This document shows, piece by piece, positions 53,673 through 64,000 of a stretch of DNA of 64,000 bases. The position numbers were made by a program, and so were the translations under genes. The notes beneath the pieces are model-generated. The model ran no database searches and was not told the DNA's origin. It worked only from the letters and a program-made list of their open reading frames with translations. The stretch is from Octopus sinensis. Taxonomy: Eukaryota. The stretch covers positions 17,856,001-17,920,000 of the forward strand of contig NC_043009.1 of assembly GCF_006345805.1 (NCBI RefSeq), in the 5' to 3' direction. How positions within the stretch are numbered: the first letter of the stretch is position 1; every line of letters begins with the position of its first letter.

Positions 53673-54121
53673 TATGTATATATATGTATATGTGTATTAT
53701 GTCATATTAGTATGTATCTTGAGCATATGCATATTTCTTTGAATAATGAGCACTCCTTACTCGGAGTACAAAGTGGTAGTGTCACAATAAAATGTATGAC
53801 GTACCCTTCTGTTTAATGGTTTTTGATAGGAAGAGCAGAGAAATAATTAAGCTTAGAGGTCACAGAGATCAGCATAAAAGTAGTAATGATCTCAGCACAT
53901 GTGTCTTGAGAAGAGCAGGCTGAACCCACTGGTAGACTATCCTGATAAAAGATGAAAGTGACCTGATTATCACAGGCAATGACTTTAATGGACATACTGG
54001 CAACACCATGATGGTGATACCTATGTAGAAGTTGGGTACAGGTAAAGTACAAGATGTGAAAAGAGAGATAAAGTACCTTGAAGTTCTGTGGTGCAAATAA
54101 CTTTTTGCAGCAACTGGCACT

Positions 54122-54405
54122 CTGTTGGTTATAAGAATAAGAGTTCCAGGTGTCTGATCAATGGAACCACCTGCTCCCGAAATTAACATGCAAGTGGTCA
54201 GGCACGCCACAGACACATGTACTTTTATCATAGTTCTCAGGGAGATTCAGTGTGATGAGACTGGCCCTTTGAAATACAGGTAGTACTCATTTTTGCTGAG
54301 TAGACAGGAGCAACGTGAAATAAAGGGCACAACACACTGCCAGGAATTAAATTCATGACCTTATAATCACGAGTCAAATACCCGAACCACTAAGTCACAC
54401 ACCTT
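54122..54405 (-). mobile_element. tRNA-derived SINE family D
   Basis: Reverse complement begins gtgtgtgacttagtggttcgggtatttgactcgtgattataaggtcatgaatttaattcctggcag (A/B boxes); second copy at 56945-57220. Confidence 0.75.
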
Positions 54406-56049
54406 TGCAATATTTGCTGCACTGATTTCATAGAACTGCCAGTCCCCTGAACCACCTGAATCAAGTAAAACACAACAATTAGATGAGCTTCATATTTTTC
54501 AGGAAAGAGGATAGACAGGGATATGCTTCTTGATATGCTTCTTGACATAGACTAACGATTATTGACATCAGAATAAGTTCTAGATACACCCAGAGACAAG
54601 CTACGGGAACTGTATAAATGCTCGGCCAGACACAGGTTCAAAGAAATAGTAGATGTCAAAAAGGAGAAGGAAGCGATAGAGACTTGAAATGAAGGTTTTT
54701 ACAAAACAACTGCTGAGAACCATATATCAGATTTGTGGATAGACTCGGTTCCAATTTGATGGAAGGTAACATGGTAAGAAAATGGCATGAGAGATGGAGG
54801 CATAAAGGCTAAGATACAGTCCTGGAAAATTTAAGAAAGAAGGGGTCAAGGAAGAATATGAGGTAGCTAGAAGAGGGGCTAACCATGAGGTATACTCAGC
54901 AAGGGGACTATTGGATATACTTAGATCCAAAAAGTGAGAGATTTTCCAATGTTCTTCAATGGGCAGATCAAAGGCTCAATGTGTTTCAGATTACAAAGCA
55001 GTGTATAAGTATTAGTGGGAAGTATTGGAGTATATACTGAGAGAAGTGCAGAAGCCTTTTATTGACACTGAAAGAGCAGTGGAAGGGCTATGATGAGAAG
55101 CTGGTGAATGAGGAACATTCTTAGAACCAACTGAGGGGCTGACTACTTCTATTGATAACTACATGATCAAAGTGGCTATTAAAAATATGAAAACAAGAAA
55201 AGCAACTGGACTATTAAGAATAATCATTGTTGGGGTAGTGAAAATATTGATCAAAGTAGGACTCTCGTTTGTCACATACATAATCAATCAGGTAATACAA
55301 GAAAGGGTAATTCCCAATCACTGACAAAGTAAAATCATAATACGCTGCTACAAAAAAAAAAAAAGTAAGGCTCTAAAGAGAAATGATTCCTGGGGAATCA
55401 GACTGTTGGACTAAGTCCTGAAAATAGTTGAAAGATTTATAGCTTAACTGATTATAAAGAAAATTAGTTAAGATAAGATACAGTTCAAGTTTGTGCCGTT
55501 GACACCTTATTCCTAACAGGATAGCTACAGAAGGAGTTCTTATTAAAGAATAAGCCACTATACCTTGCAGTCATTTCTATACACACAAAGCACATAGCAT
55601 CGTGCTCTCTAGTCTGATGGTCACTAACAAAAACCAGGTGAGTCTACTGAGAAATTTGACATGTAGGTATCCATCAGGATTTAGTTCTCAGCACCTTCAG
55701 TTTATTTTAATTCTCCAGCTCATAACAGAGGAAGACAAGCTATCCAGATTCTGAGGATTAAGTTATCATAGATGACTGTTGAAGAATTTGTGAAGAAATT
55801 CCACAAAGTTGGAAACAAAGCCTACAATGAAGAAACTTCAAAATAAACCTGCCGAAAATTTTAGTTAAGCAGAAAAGAAGATGACCCTACTGCCTGCAAA
55901 ATGGCAAGTTACCATACTCAATATGCAGAAAAAGAATGGTAGGAATTCAATATAGCATTTTCCAACTATGGTTGTAGATGAGGTATAGTTGGAATACAGG
56001 CAGGCTAATATAGAAGGAAGGGCTTTTTATGTCATAGATATACAATAAT

Positions 56050-56212
56050 AGGCACAGGAGTGGCTGTGTAGTAAGTAGCTTGCTTACCAACTACATGGTT
56101 CTGGGTTCAGTCCCACTGCATGACACCTTAGGCAAGTGTCTTCTACTATAGCCTCAGACCAACCAAAGCCTTATAAGTGGATTTGGTAGATGGAAACTGA
56201 AAGAAGCCATTG

Positions 56213-56245
<33 letters not shown>

Positions 56246-56430
56246 ATGTGTGTATATGTTTGTGTGTCTGTGTTTGTCTCCCCCAACATTGCTTGCCAAA
56301 TAGCGGTTTGACAAAAGAGACTGATAGAATAAATACTAGGCTTACAAAGAATAAGTCCTGGGGTCGATTTGCTCGACTAAAGGCAGTGCACCAGCATGGC
56401 CACAGTCAAATGACTGAAACATGTAAAAAA
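56050..56430 (+). mobile_element. SINE family A, full length
   Basis: ggcacaggagtggctgtgtagtaagtagcttgcttaccaactacatggttctgggttcagtccc...gactgaaac. Confidence 0.9.
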
Positions 56431-56944
56431 AATTTAAATAAAGAAATAAATAAAAAGTTAGCTGTGAGAGGCTCTATGAAGTAAATTCTTTCAACTACAC
56501 AGACGGCTCATTAGTAATTGATAACTTCTGTGAATTAGGCAACCTAATTAGCAATGAAAGTAGTTGCTCTGACTTCATAGTAACAAGAGTAAGATCAGGG
56601 CAGAAGATTCTCATGGAACTTTTAACTTTACTGGTAACAGCAAAAGCAAAAGCTGAAAAATCTTAAAGAATACCTAACAAAGACAAAACTTTTAATTTGT
56701 ATAAAAGAAAACAGGACTCTCGTGCCAAATGGAAAGCAGCTGTGTGCTTGATATACAGAAGTATAAACTGAAATGCATTATAGAGTACTCAATGTAAATA
56801 GTGGGTGCAGCAGAATGATAGAGAGGCTGAGAGAGAAGAACTACTTGTGTTGCAGAGGTGCAAGATTTCAAATATTTGGAAGTAGCTGATGGTTTCCATC
56901 ATCTTGGTGACTATAGTCAGTCATTCTAAAAATATAACTAGCAC

Positions 56945-57220
56945 TTCGTTGGTTATAATTAATCCAATCAATGGAACGGCCTGCTCATGAAATTACTATG
57001 CAAGTGATTGAGCACTCCACAGGCACATGTACTCTAAGTGATATTCAGGATTACACAGATTGTGACAAGGCTGTCCTTTTGAATTGCAGGTTCTTCTCAT
57101 TTTTGCCAGCTGAGTGGATTGGAGTAATGTGAAATAATGTGTTGCTCAAGGACATTTCGTCAGGAATTGAACTCATGACCTTGCAATCATGAGTTCAATA
57201 ACCTAACAACTAAAACACAG
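56945..57220 (-). mobile_element. SINE family D
   Basis: Similar to 54122-54405 (caatggaac..cctgctc.tgaaatta...caggaattgaactcatgacctt). Confidence 0.7.
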
Positions 57221-58048
57221 ACTTTAAAAATATGGTAACCAGAGTAAGAATGGGGTGGGAAAAAATCAGGGAGCTTTTAGGCCACCCAAGATAAGGGCAA
57301 ATTTTTTGTGCATATGGATATTAAATGTGGATGATGTGTGAAAGCTGAAAAGAAATGAAGCCGTTATGCTTTGCTGTATTTGTAATGTTAATGTAGATGA
57401 AGAGTGTCACAAGTGAGTAGAGAGCAAAAATAAGGATAAGAGAAACCAGGTGTAGAATGCAAGAGGGAAGACTGAGCTGGAAATGGAGATATTAGGAGTA
57501 TAGAGGGTAAGAGTATAGAGGTAAAGCGATCCAAGTGAATGGAAACTGCAGAATAGAAATACCAATGAAGATTGTGAGATACTGAACTTCGCGAAAGAGA
57601 TGACAAAGAACTGCAACAAGTGGTGGAACACTGTGCTTGGGAAAACCCATCAAACTCATGTAAGCATGGAAAAATTGCAATAAAATGAGGACAAGGATAA
57701 TGATAATGATATACGTATGTGTGTATATATGCATGATTGTGTGTGTGTGTGTGTGTGTGTACAAAGAGAGACACAGACAGAGAAGAGAGAGAGAAAGGGA
57801 GTGTTAGACAGACAAGACAATAAAGTTAGTGGAACATAACCTATCACTGAGAGCAGTCTGTCCATAGCCAAAACACTTAACTCACTGGCTCAATATATCA
57901 ATTGTAAATAAGTATTATAAGTAGCTATGGCTCACTGCTTCTGATTATGGGATGTGTATGATGTCTGGTGTGTAACAGTGCATGCTACGAGCACAGATAA
58001 TATAAGCTAGCCTTGGCTCCTGTGAGAGACCACCAATGTGTGTGTGTG

Positions 58049-58094
<46 letters not shown>

Positions 58095-58171
58095 GTATAT
58101 ATATATGTATCTATATGTATATATATATGTATATATATACATATATATATATATTATATATATATATATAT

Positions 58172-58253
58172 ATATACATGTGTATATATTTGTGTGCATA
58201 TGTGTGTGAATATTCTTTGTATGTATATATATATATATATATATATGTATATA

Positions 58254-58295
<42 letters not shown>

Positions 58296-58350
58296 GTGTA
58301 TATATTTGTGTGCATATGTGTGTGAATATTCTTTGTATGTATATATATAT
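58172..58350. repeat. 116-bp tandem duplication within TA-rich tract
   Basis: catgtgtatatatttgtgtgcatatgtgtgtgaatattctttgtatg at 58177 and 58293. Confidence 0.9.
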
Positions 58351-58988
58351 ATATATATATGTATATACACATACATACTGATACGCATATACTATATATG
58401 TACATACATACACACATGCATGCATTTCTTTATACATTGTCATATATTCATTTCTTCTATGAGTTTGCCAAGAGTTTTGTTGCAGCAGTAATCATTGGCC
58501 AGGTCACAAGAGTGTGACAAAAGACTTTGATACTCATAACCAAATTGTAAAAGAATAAGGAAGAAACAAAGACAACACCAACAACACTAATAACATAAAC
58601 AACAACAGCAGCAATCATCATAATCTTCGTCACTGTCATAATCATCATCATTAGTAAAGATAACGTTTCCAAATGACAATGTGTATTTATATAAATACAT
58701 GCACACACATATAGCATGGGTTGTTTGGCTTGGACCATTGAAACAAAATACTTAGCAAATGGCCGTTCAAGTTTTGAGCTCAAATCCTGACAAACTCAAC
58801 TTTCACTTTTATCCTTTGAGGGTTGATAAACTTATGTGCCAGTCAAGTACTCGACTAATTCAGTATTCCTATAATGGTAGCTGAGAATGAATTTATAATA
58901 ATAAACAATAAATATATACTGCCTGTGGCCATGCAGTGTTCCAGCATGGCCAAAGTCAAATGATTAAAACAAGTAAAAGAATAAAAGA

Positions 58989-59033
<45 letters not shown>

Positions 59034-59529
59034 TGTGTATGTGTGTGGTGTGTGTGTGTATATAGAGAGAGAGAAAGTAAAAATAGAAAAGCATAAATTT
59101 CATCTAAAGTTTATATTTTGTGATCAACAACACTGTTTCATTAAGATGAACATCATTAAATGTATAATTTAAATAGTTGTGATACATAATTCATTAATTT
59201 AAATTAAATCAATTTCAAATCTGTGTTTACCCAAATCATTATATTTTGTTAAATCAGAAAAAACATTACTGACAATGAGATACAGAAAAACAAGAAGAAT
59301 TTTTTGTCACCTTGATAAGAATTTTATATTAATAAAAATCCATCATCCTAGATCCATAATAATTAGTTTAGTCAGAAATTTTTCAATTAGTATTTCTAAT
59401 CTTCCAGCAAGTGAATAAATTCTCTAATGGTAACTTGGTTTACTATTACAATATTCTAGCTTGAAGTGGATATAATGAAAACATAAGATGTATTAATTAC
59501 ACTAAACTTAAACTGTGACTTATCTTCAT

Positions 59530-59702
59530 CATTTTGAATTAATCTTATATTATCTTGTGGCTTTGAGATTTAAATAATACGATTGTTTATTTTGAGAATA
59601 ACATTGAAGTGTATGTGTGAAAGGTCAAATCTGGTCAGTTTGAACATAAAACAGGTGGAATATTTCACCCTGATATGGCCAGTCTAAATGCTAAAGGGTT
59701 AA
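59530..59702. mobile_element. piggyBac-like MITE, right part
   Basis: Homologous to 45260-45425; ends AATGCTAAAGGG|TTAA. Confidence 0.6.
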
Positions 59703-60050
59703 ATGGGAATTACAAACTTGTTCTTTAAAACTCTTGAATGTAATTTTCCACCACAACATGAGTACTACCAAATTTTCAACATGTTAGCCATTAAACTGCC
59801 TTATTCAGCCTAATTTAGCTTCTCTTGTAGCAACATCAAACTGGTATAAACTATGATGTATATTTTAAACATGCCAAAACTTCTTGTATTAGTTATAATT
59901 GTTCTACTGACTTTATTATTTATGAAAATAGTGGTTGTAATCATAGCCATGGAATTGGTAGTAGTCATATTAATAATACTAGTACTCATGATAATAATGC
60001 CACTAACATTAATAATGATGATGATGATGATCATCATCATCATCATCATC

Positions 60051-60093
<43 letters not shown>

Positions 60094-60094
<1 letters not shown>

Positions 60095-60165
60095 CAGAGC
60101 TGCGCTCGGTAGTGAAGTGAAAGCACGCTATAAAAATAAAACTACTGAATAATAATAATAATAAC
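60094..60165 (+). mobile_element. Second 3' tip of the (AAT)n-targeting LINE
   Basis: Identical to 9271-9342 and embedded in an AAT array. Confidence 0.6.
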
Positions 60166-60439
60166 AATAATATGCAGTACCAGGCAGTGACTTTCATGGT
60201 TTCTCATCTTAATTGATTGGAAGTGTTATCATATACATTGTTTTGCCTTGGTATAAAAGATGGGCTACAGAAAATATTCTGCTCAATACCACAGATTTAC
60301 TTGTCAGTTGTTTGACCTTAACCAGTTGATCATGTCCCTTAGTGGTTGACGATATGTGCACCTCTGATCATAAGCAGAAGTAATGGAGGAGCATCATCGC
60401 CATGTGTTGAGAGGGATTCTTTGGGGTTTAGATATCTTT

Positions 60440-60640
60440 TATTCTTTTATTTCAGTCATTTGACTGAGGCCATGCTGGAGTACCACCTTTAGTTGAACAA
60501 ATTGACCCCAGGACTTATTTTTTATAAGTCTAGTACTTATTCTATCAGTCACTTTTGCTGAACCACTAAGTTATGGGGACATAAACACACTAGCATCGAT
60601 TGTCAAATGATGGTGGGAAGGACAAACACAGATACACAAA
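60440..60640 (-). mobile_element. SINE family A, 3' half
   Basis: tttcagtcatttgactgaggccatgctggag...gaccccaggacttatt. Confidence 0.8.
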
Positions 60641-60653
60641 CATATACATATAC

Positions 60654-60722
<69 letters not shown>

Positions 60723-60780
60723 TTATAAAATGAGATAGGGGTTGAAAATTCAACCCACCTGGTGCAAACTTAACTGTATC

Positions 60781-60814
<34 letters not shown>

Positions 60815-61150
60815 ATTAATAGTAATTTTTATTAACTTTTATAGCTTTAGAATTTTATGAACTGAACCATGGTTTTAATTATTATTTTTCATCTCCCTAT
60901 GTGTTAGGTTTTTTTTAAAAAAAACTATTAGCCAAATATGTATAATATCGGTACTTATTAATATTAATATATACACTGATATATATTTGTTTTATTTTGT
61001 TCTGTTTACCTTCCTTTATTGTACCAATGTGTATTATATTATATAAGTGTAGCATTATGATGTATAAGTTTTTATATTTTACATTTTTATATTTTTATAT
61101 TTATATGTATATGATTATATAATATTTTTCACAATTATAACAAATTTAAT

Positions 61151-61270
61151 TTAATTCTCTGAAGAGGCCGTGGGGCATCCTTGTTAATGCCTCATTTATA
61201 CCTGCCTTTATGGCTTATAGGTTAAATGAGGTATGACTGCCCTCACTGCCGAAACAGCTGTCAGTTTTGA
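61151..61270 (+). ncRNA. Type I hammerhead ribozyme motif with extended stem II
   Basis: CTGAAGA (61159-61165), 85-nt base-paired stem II, GAAA-CAGCT-GTC (61251-61262; palindromic ACAGCTGT stem III), imperfect stem I. Confidence 0.75.
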
Positions 61271-61455
61271 TTTAATTGCATATTATATTTGAAATTTTTT
61301 ACTTATATCTCTTTATCTTTTTACTATTACTGTATATCTCTTTTTGTATAATGCCTCTACTCATATGTAATGGTGTATTAAAGTATTGATTGGGTATCAT
61401 CGGATAGTTGATGTTTTATTGATTTAAGTATGTTTTTCCATTCTCTAATTTTGTA

Positions 61456-61492
<37 letters not shown>

Positions 61493-61551
61493 ACAGTCTT
61501 CATTCAGTTTCTCTCTATGAAATCCACTCACAAGGCTTTGGTTGGCCCTAA

Positions 61552-61782
61552 AGAGTAAATTTATTCAATAAAATCATCATTGGCTTCAACCACTGCCTCC
61601 AGATGACTTCAGAATCTCATGCAACTCTTCTGGACAGTCTCTTTGTTTAAGTTGCCTTCAGTTCATCTTTGGTGTTACAAGGAGTTTTGTTGGTCTCTCG
61701 CTCAACTGTGCCCCATGCATAATAATCAAGAGGGTTGTAGTCCGGGGACTTAGCTGGCCATAAATGTGATGTGGTTGCAGAA
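61552..61782 (-). mobile_element. Mariner transposase C-terminal fragment (same family as 5880-6341)
   Basis: [37 protein letters not shown]. Confidence 0.85.
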
Positions 61783-61789
61783 ATTATAT

Positions 61790-61847
<58 letters not shown>

Positions 61848-61860
61848 GTGTGTGTGTATA

Positions 61861-61899
<39 letters not shown>

Positions 61900-61979
61900 G
61901 TATATGTATATGTATATATATATATATTATATATATATATTATATATAATTATATATATGTATATATATATGTATATAT

Positions 61980-62011
<32 letters not shown>

Positions 62012-62040
62012 CATATATATATGTATGTATATATATATAT

Positions 62041-62352
62041 ATAGTTAATCCAAACATGAAAACACAAAGAAAAAACACAACAACGCGAGGATGTGGAACA
62101 AGTATAGTGTTATTGGATGGTCAGGAAAGGAAAGAAAGAAGGAGGATTTAACGTTTCGATTGGAGCTCTTTTTCAGAAACATAGGAAAAGGAAACGTCCA
62201 AGGAAGAGAAGACGGAGGAAAAAAATCGCCAACGATACACACGCAGTCACATTTTGAATTTTGAATATATACATATATATACATATATACATATACATAT
62301 ATACATATATATATATAGATACACATATATACATATATATATACATATATAC

Positions 62353-62391
<39 letters not shown>

Positions 62392-62409
62392 AATTCAAAC
62401 TGTGACCGC
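62041..62409 (-). mobile_element. (TA)n-embedded PLE-end-like element with decayed minimal HHR and short inverted end
   Basis: Minus strand ttt-CTGAAAA-agagctccaatc-GAAAC-GTT-aaat (62146-62181); 24-bp IR 62243-62266/62386-62409. Confidence 0.55.
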
Positions 62410-63687
62410 ATGTCACATATATATATATACATATATAATATATATATACACATATACATATACATATATAAATATATATTGATAGTTATGGTAAGACAGC
62501 AAAAGAATGAAAGAAACTTTGATATTATGTAAATTGAGGAATTTATCTACATTAATTTTACAGATACATATATATGCATATATATAAATACATATACACA
62601 CACACATATCAATACTTATATGTACATCTATACATATATATATGTGTGTGTGTGTGTGTATGTATATAATATATATATATATATATAATTATATACATAT
62701 ATATATATATTATATATATATATATATATATATGTAATATATAATATATATATATATATGTATGTATGTATGTATGTATATGTATATATTTGTTATATTG
62801 CATAATATTGGAGTCTTAGATTCTGGTGGTAGGTTATAATAATGGATAATAAAACAACAGAAACTAGAAAATGAAACTATTTTGCAAATTAATAATTATT
62901 ATTTAAAGACATTTACCAGGATTTGCTTACAATATCAACAATCATTTTCACTTCTGAAACGATGTAGATTTTTTATGATTCCTAGAATTTCCTGAATCCA
63001 TCAACTGGTGTTCTCAACAATATGATGCTACATACATGGATAATCTGTAATGAATCTGTTATAATTATGTTTATCATGCAAACAACAGCTTTACAAAGTT
63101 ACTTTGGATGAATTCAGGTGGTGTCAATTATAACAGAATGAAGCTTGGATCACTTTATGGCTTCATTTACTTAATTAGCATCCATAAAGAACACTATCAA
63201 CACAATAATTACCCATTACTGTTTATTAATAGTTTCTTCTTGCTAATCTTTCATAGATGACAATAGTAACTTCATTTCCTATATTTCTAAATATGTTTAT
63301 TGTTTTAATTACTTCAGGTTACTTCTCACTGATTTTGGAATGCAACTCCAATCTTATGACAGTATACATATGTAGATGTGTGTGTGTGGGTGGGTGTGCG
63401 CACGCATATGTATGTATGTATTAGAGAGAGAGAGAGAGTGTGTGTGTGTGTGTGTGTACAATAGGTTGTTTGTGGAGCCAACAGAGGTATCTTAAAGGTG
63501 GCTGTGTAACAGAAGGGGTGAGCCCTGAAAGGTGCAGTGCTATCTGAGGAAGTGCTTACTAGACACAAAGTAGGGCTTGATCAAATCTAGCCAGGTTACC
63601 TGGGTGAAGGTGTCTCATGATGAAAGACCCAAACATGTGATGGCCCCAGGAAAAATCATTGACGATATGATTAGGTGCATGTAAAAA

Positions 63688-63767
63688 CCAATCAATCAAT
63701 CAATCAATTAATAAATCAATCAATCTATCTATCTAGCTAGCTAGCTATCTGTCTATCTGTCTGCCTG

Positions 63768-63850
<83 letters not shown>
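63688..63850. repeat. Compound microsatellite (CAAT/CTAT/CT/AT)
   Basis: Successive blocks visible. Confidence 0.93.
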
Positions 63851-63853
<3 letters not shown>

Positions 63854-64000
63854 CAATTTATCCATAAAATGATATATATCTATAAAATATCCATAAAAGA
63901 AGCACACTCTAAAGCATATAGTAATAATGTATTATAAGTAGTTAAGGTCTATAATCCAGTCATAGAGTGACCTATGGTTTCACATGGAGCAAAGGCCTTT

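Larger units (their letters stand above)
53750..57700 (+). mobile_element. Decayed near-full RTE-type LINE (APE endonuclease and RT) split by three SINEs
   Basis: LIITGNDFNGHTG (APE, ~53950); VAIKNMKTRKATG, NDSWGIRLLD, KNKPLYLA, IHQDLVLS (RT, 55170-55700); LMVSIILV and RVRMGWEKIRELL further 3'. SINE insertions at 54122, 56050 and 56945. Confidence 0.8.

Overview
Strongly AT-rich, microsatellite-saturated, essentially non-coding eukaryotic DNA. The SINE families and repeat load look like coleoid cephalopod (Octopus-like) intronic or intergenic sequence; this is an inference and was not checked by search. No intact protein-coding gene is supportable, and almost all listed ORFs are microsatellite or SINE artefacts. 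Recognisable content is a transposon graveyard: the 3' half of a Helitron (decayed Pif1 helicase plus hairpin-CTAG end), mariner/Tc1 fragments, RTE- and CR1-type LINE remnants (one ~4 kb RTE split by three SINEs), R4/Dong-like 3' tips in (AAT)n, hAT- and piggyBac-type MITEs, dozens of tRNA-derived SINE copies, Penelope-like element (PLE) RT and GIY-YIG remnants, and two near-identical tandem duplications (438 bp and ~1.28 kb). The most interesting signal is a set of short non-coding elements embedded in (TA)n tracts that carry type I hammerhead ribozyme (HHR) motifs and inverted repeats. Two near-intact HHRs have palindromic or near-palindromic stem III and unusually long stem II (11389-11466 minus, inside a 78-bp perfect inverted repeat; 61151-61270 plus). 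Several minimal or degenerate HHRs also occur. Together they suggest a (TA)n-targeting, ribozyme-bearing non-autonomous PLE/retrozyme-like system. Boundaries were read by eye, so many are approximate.
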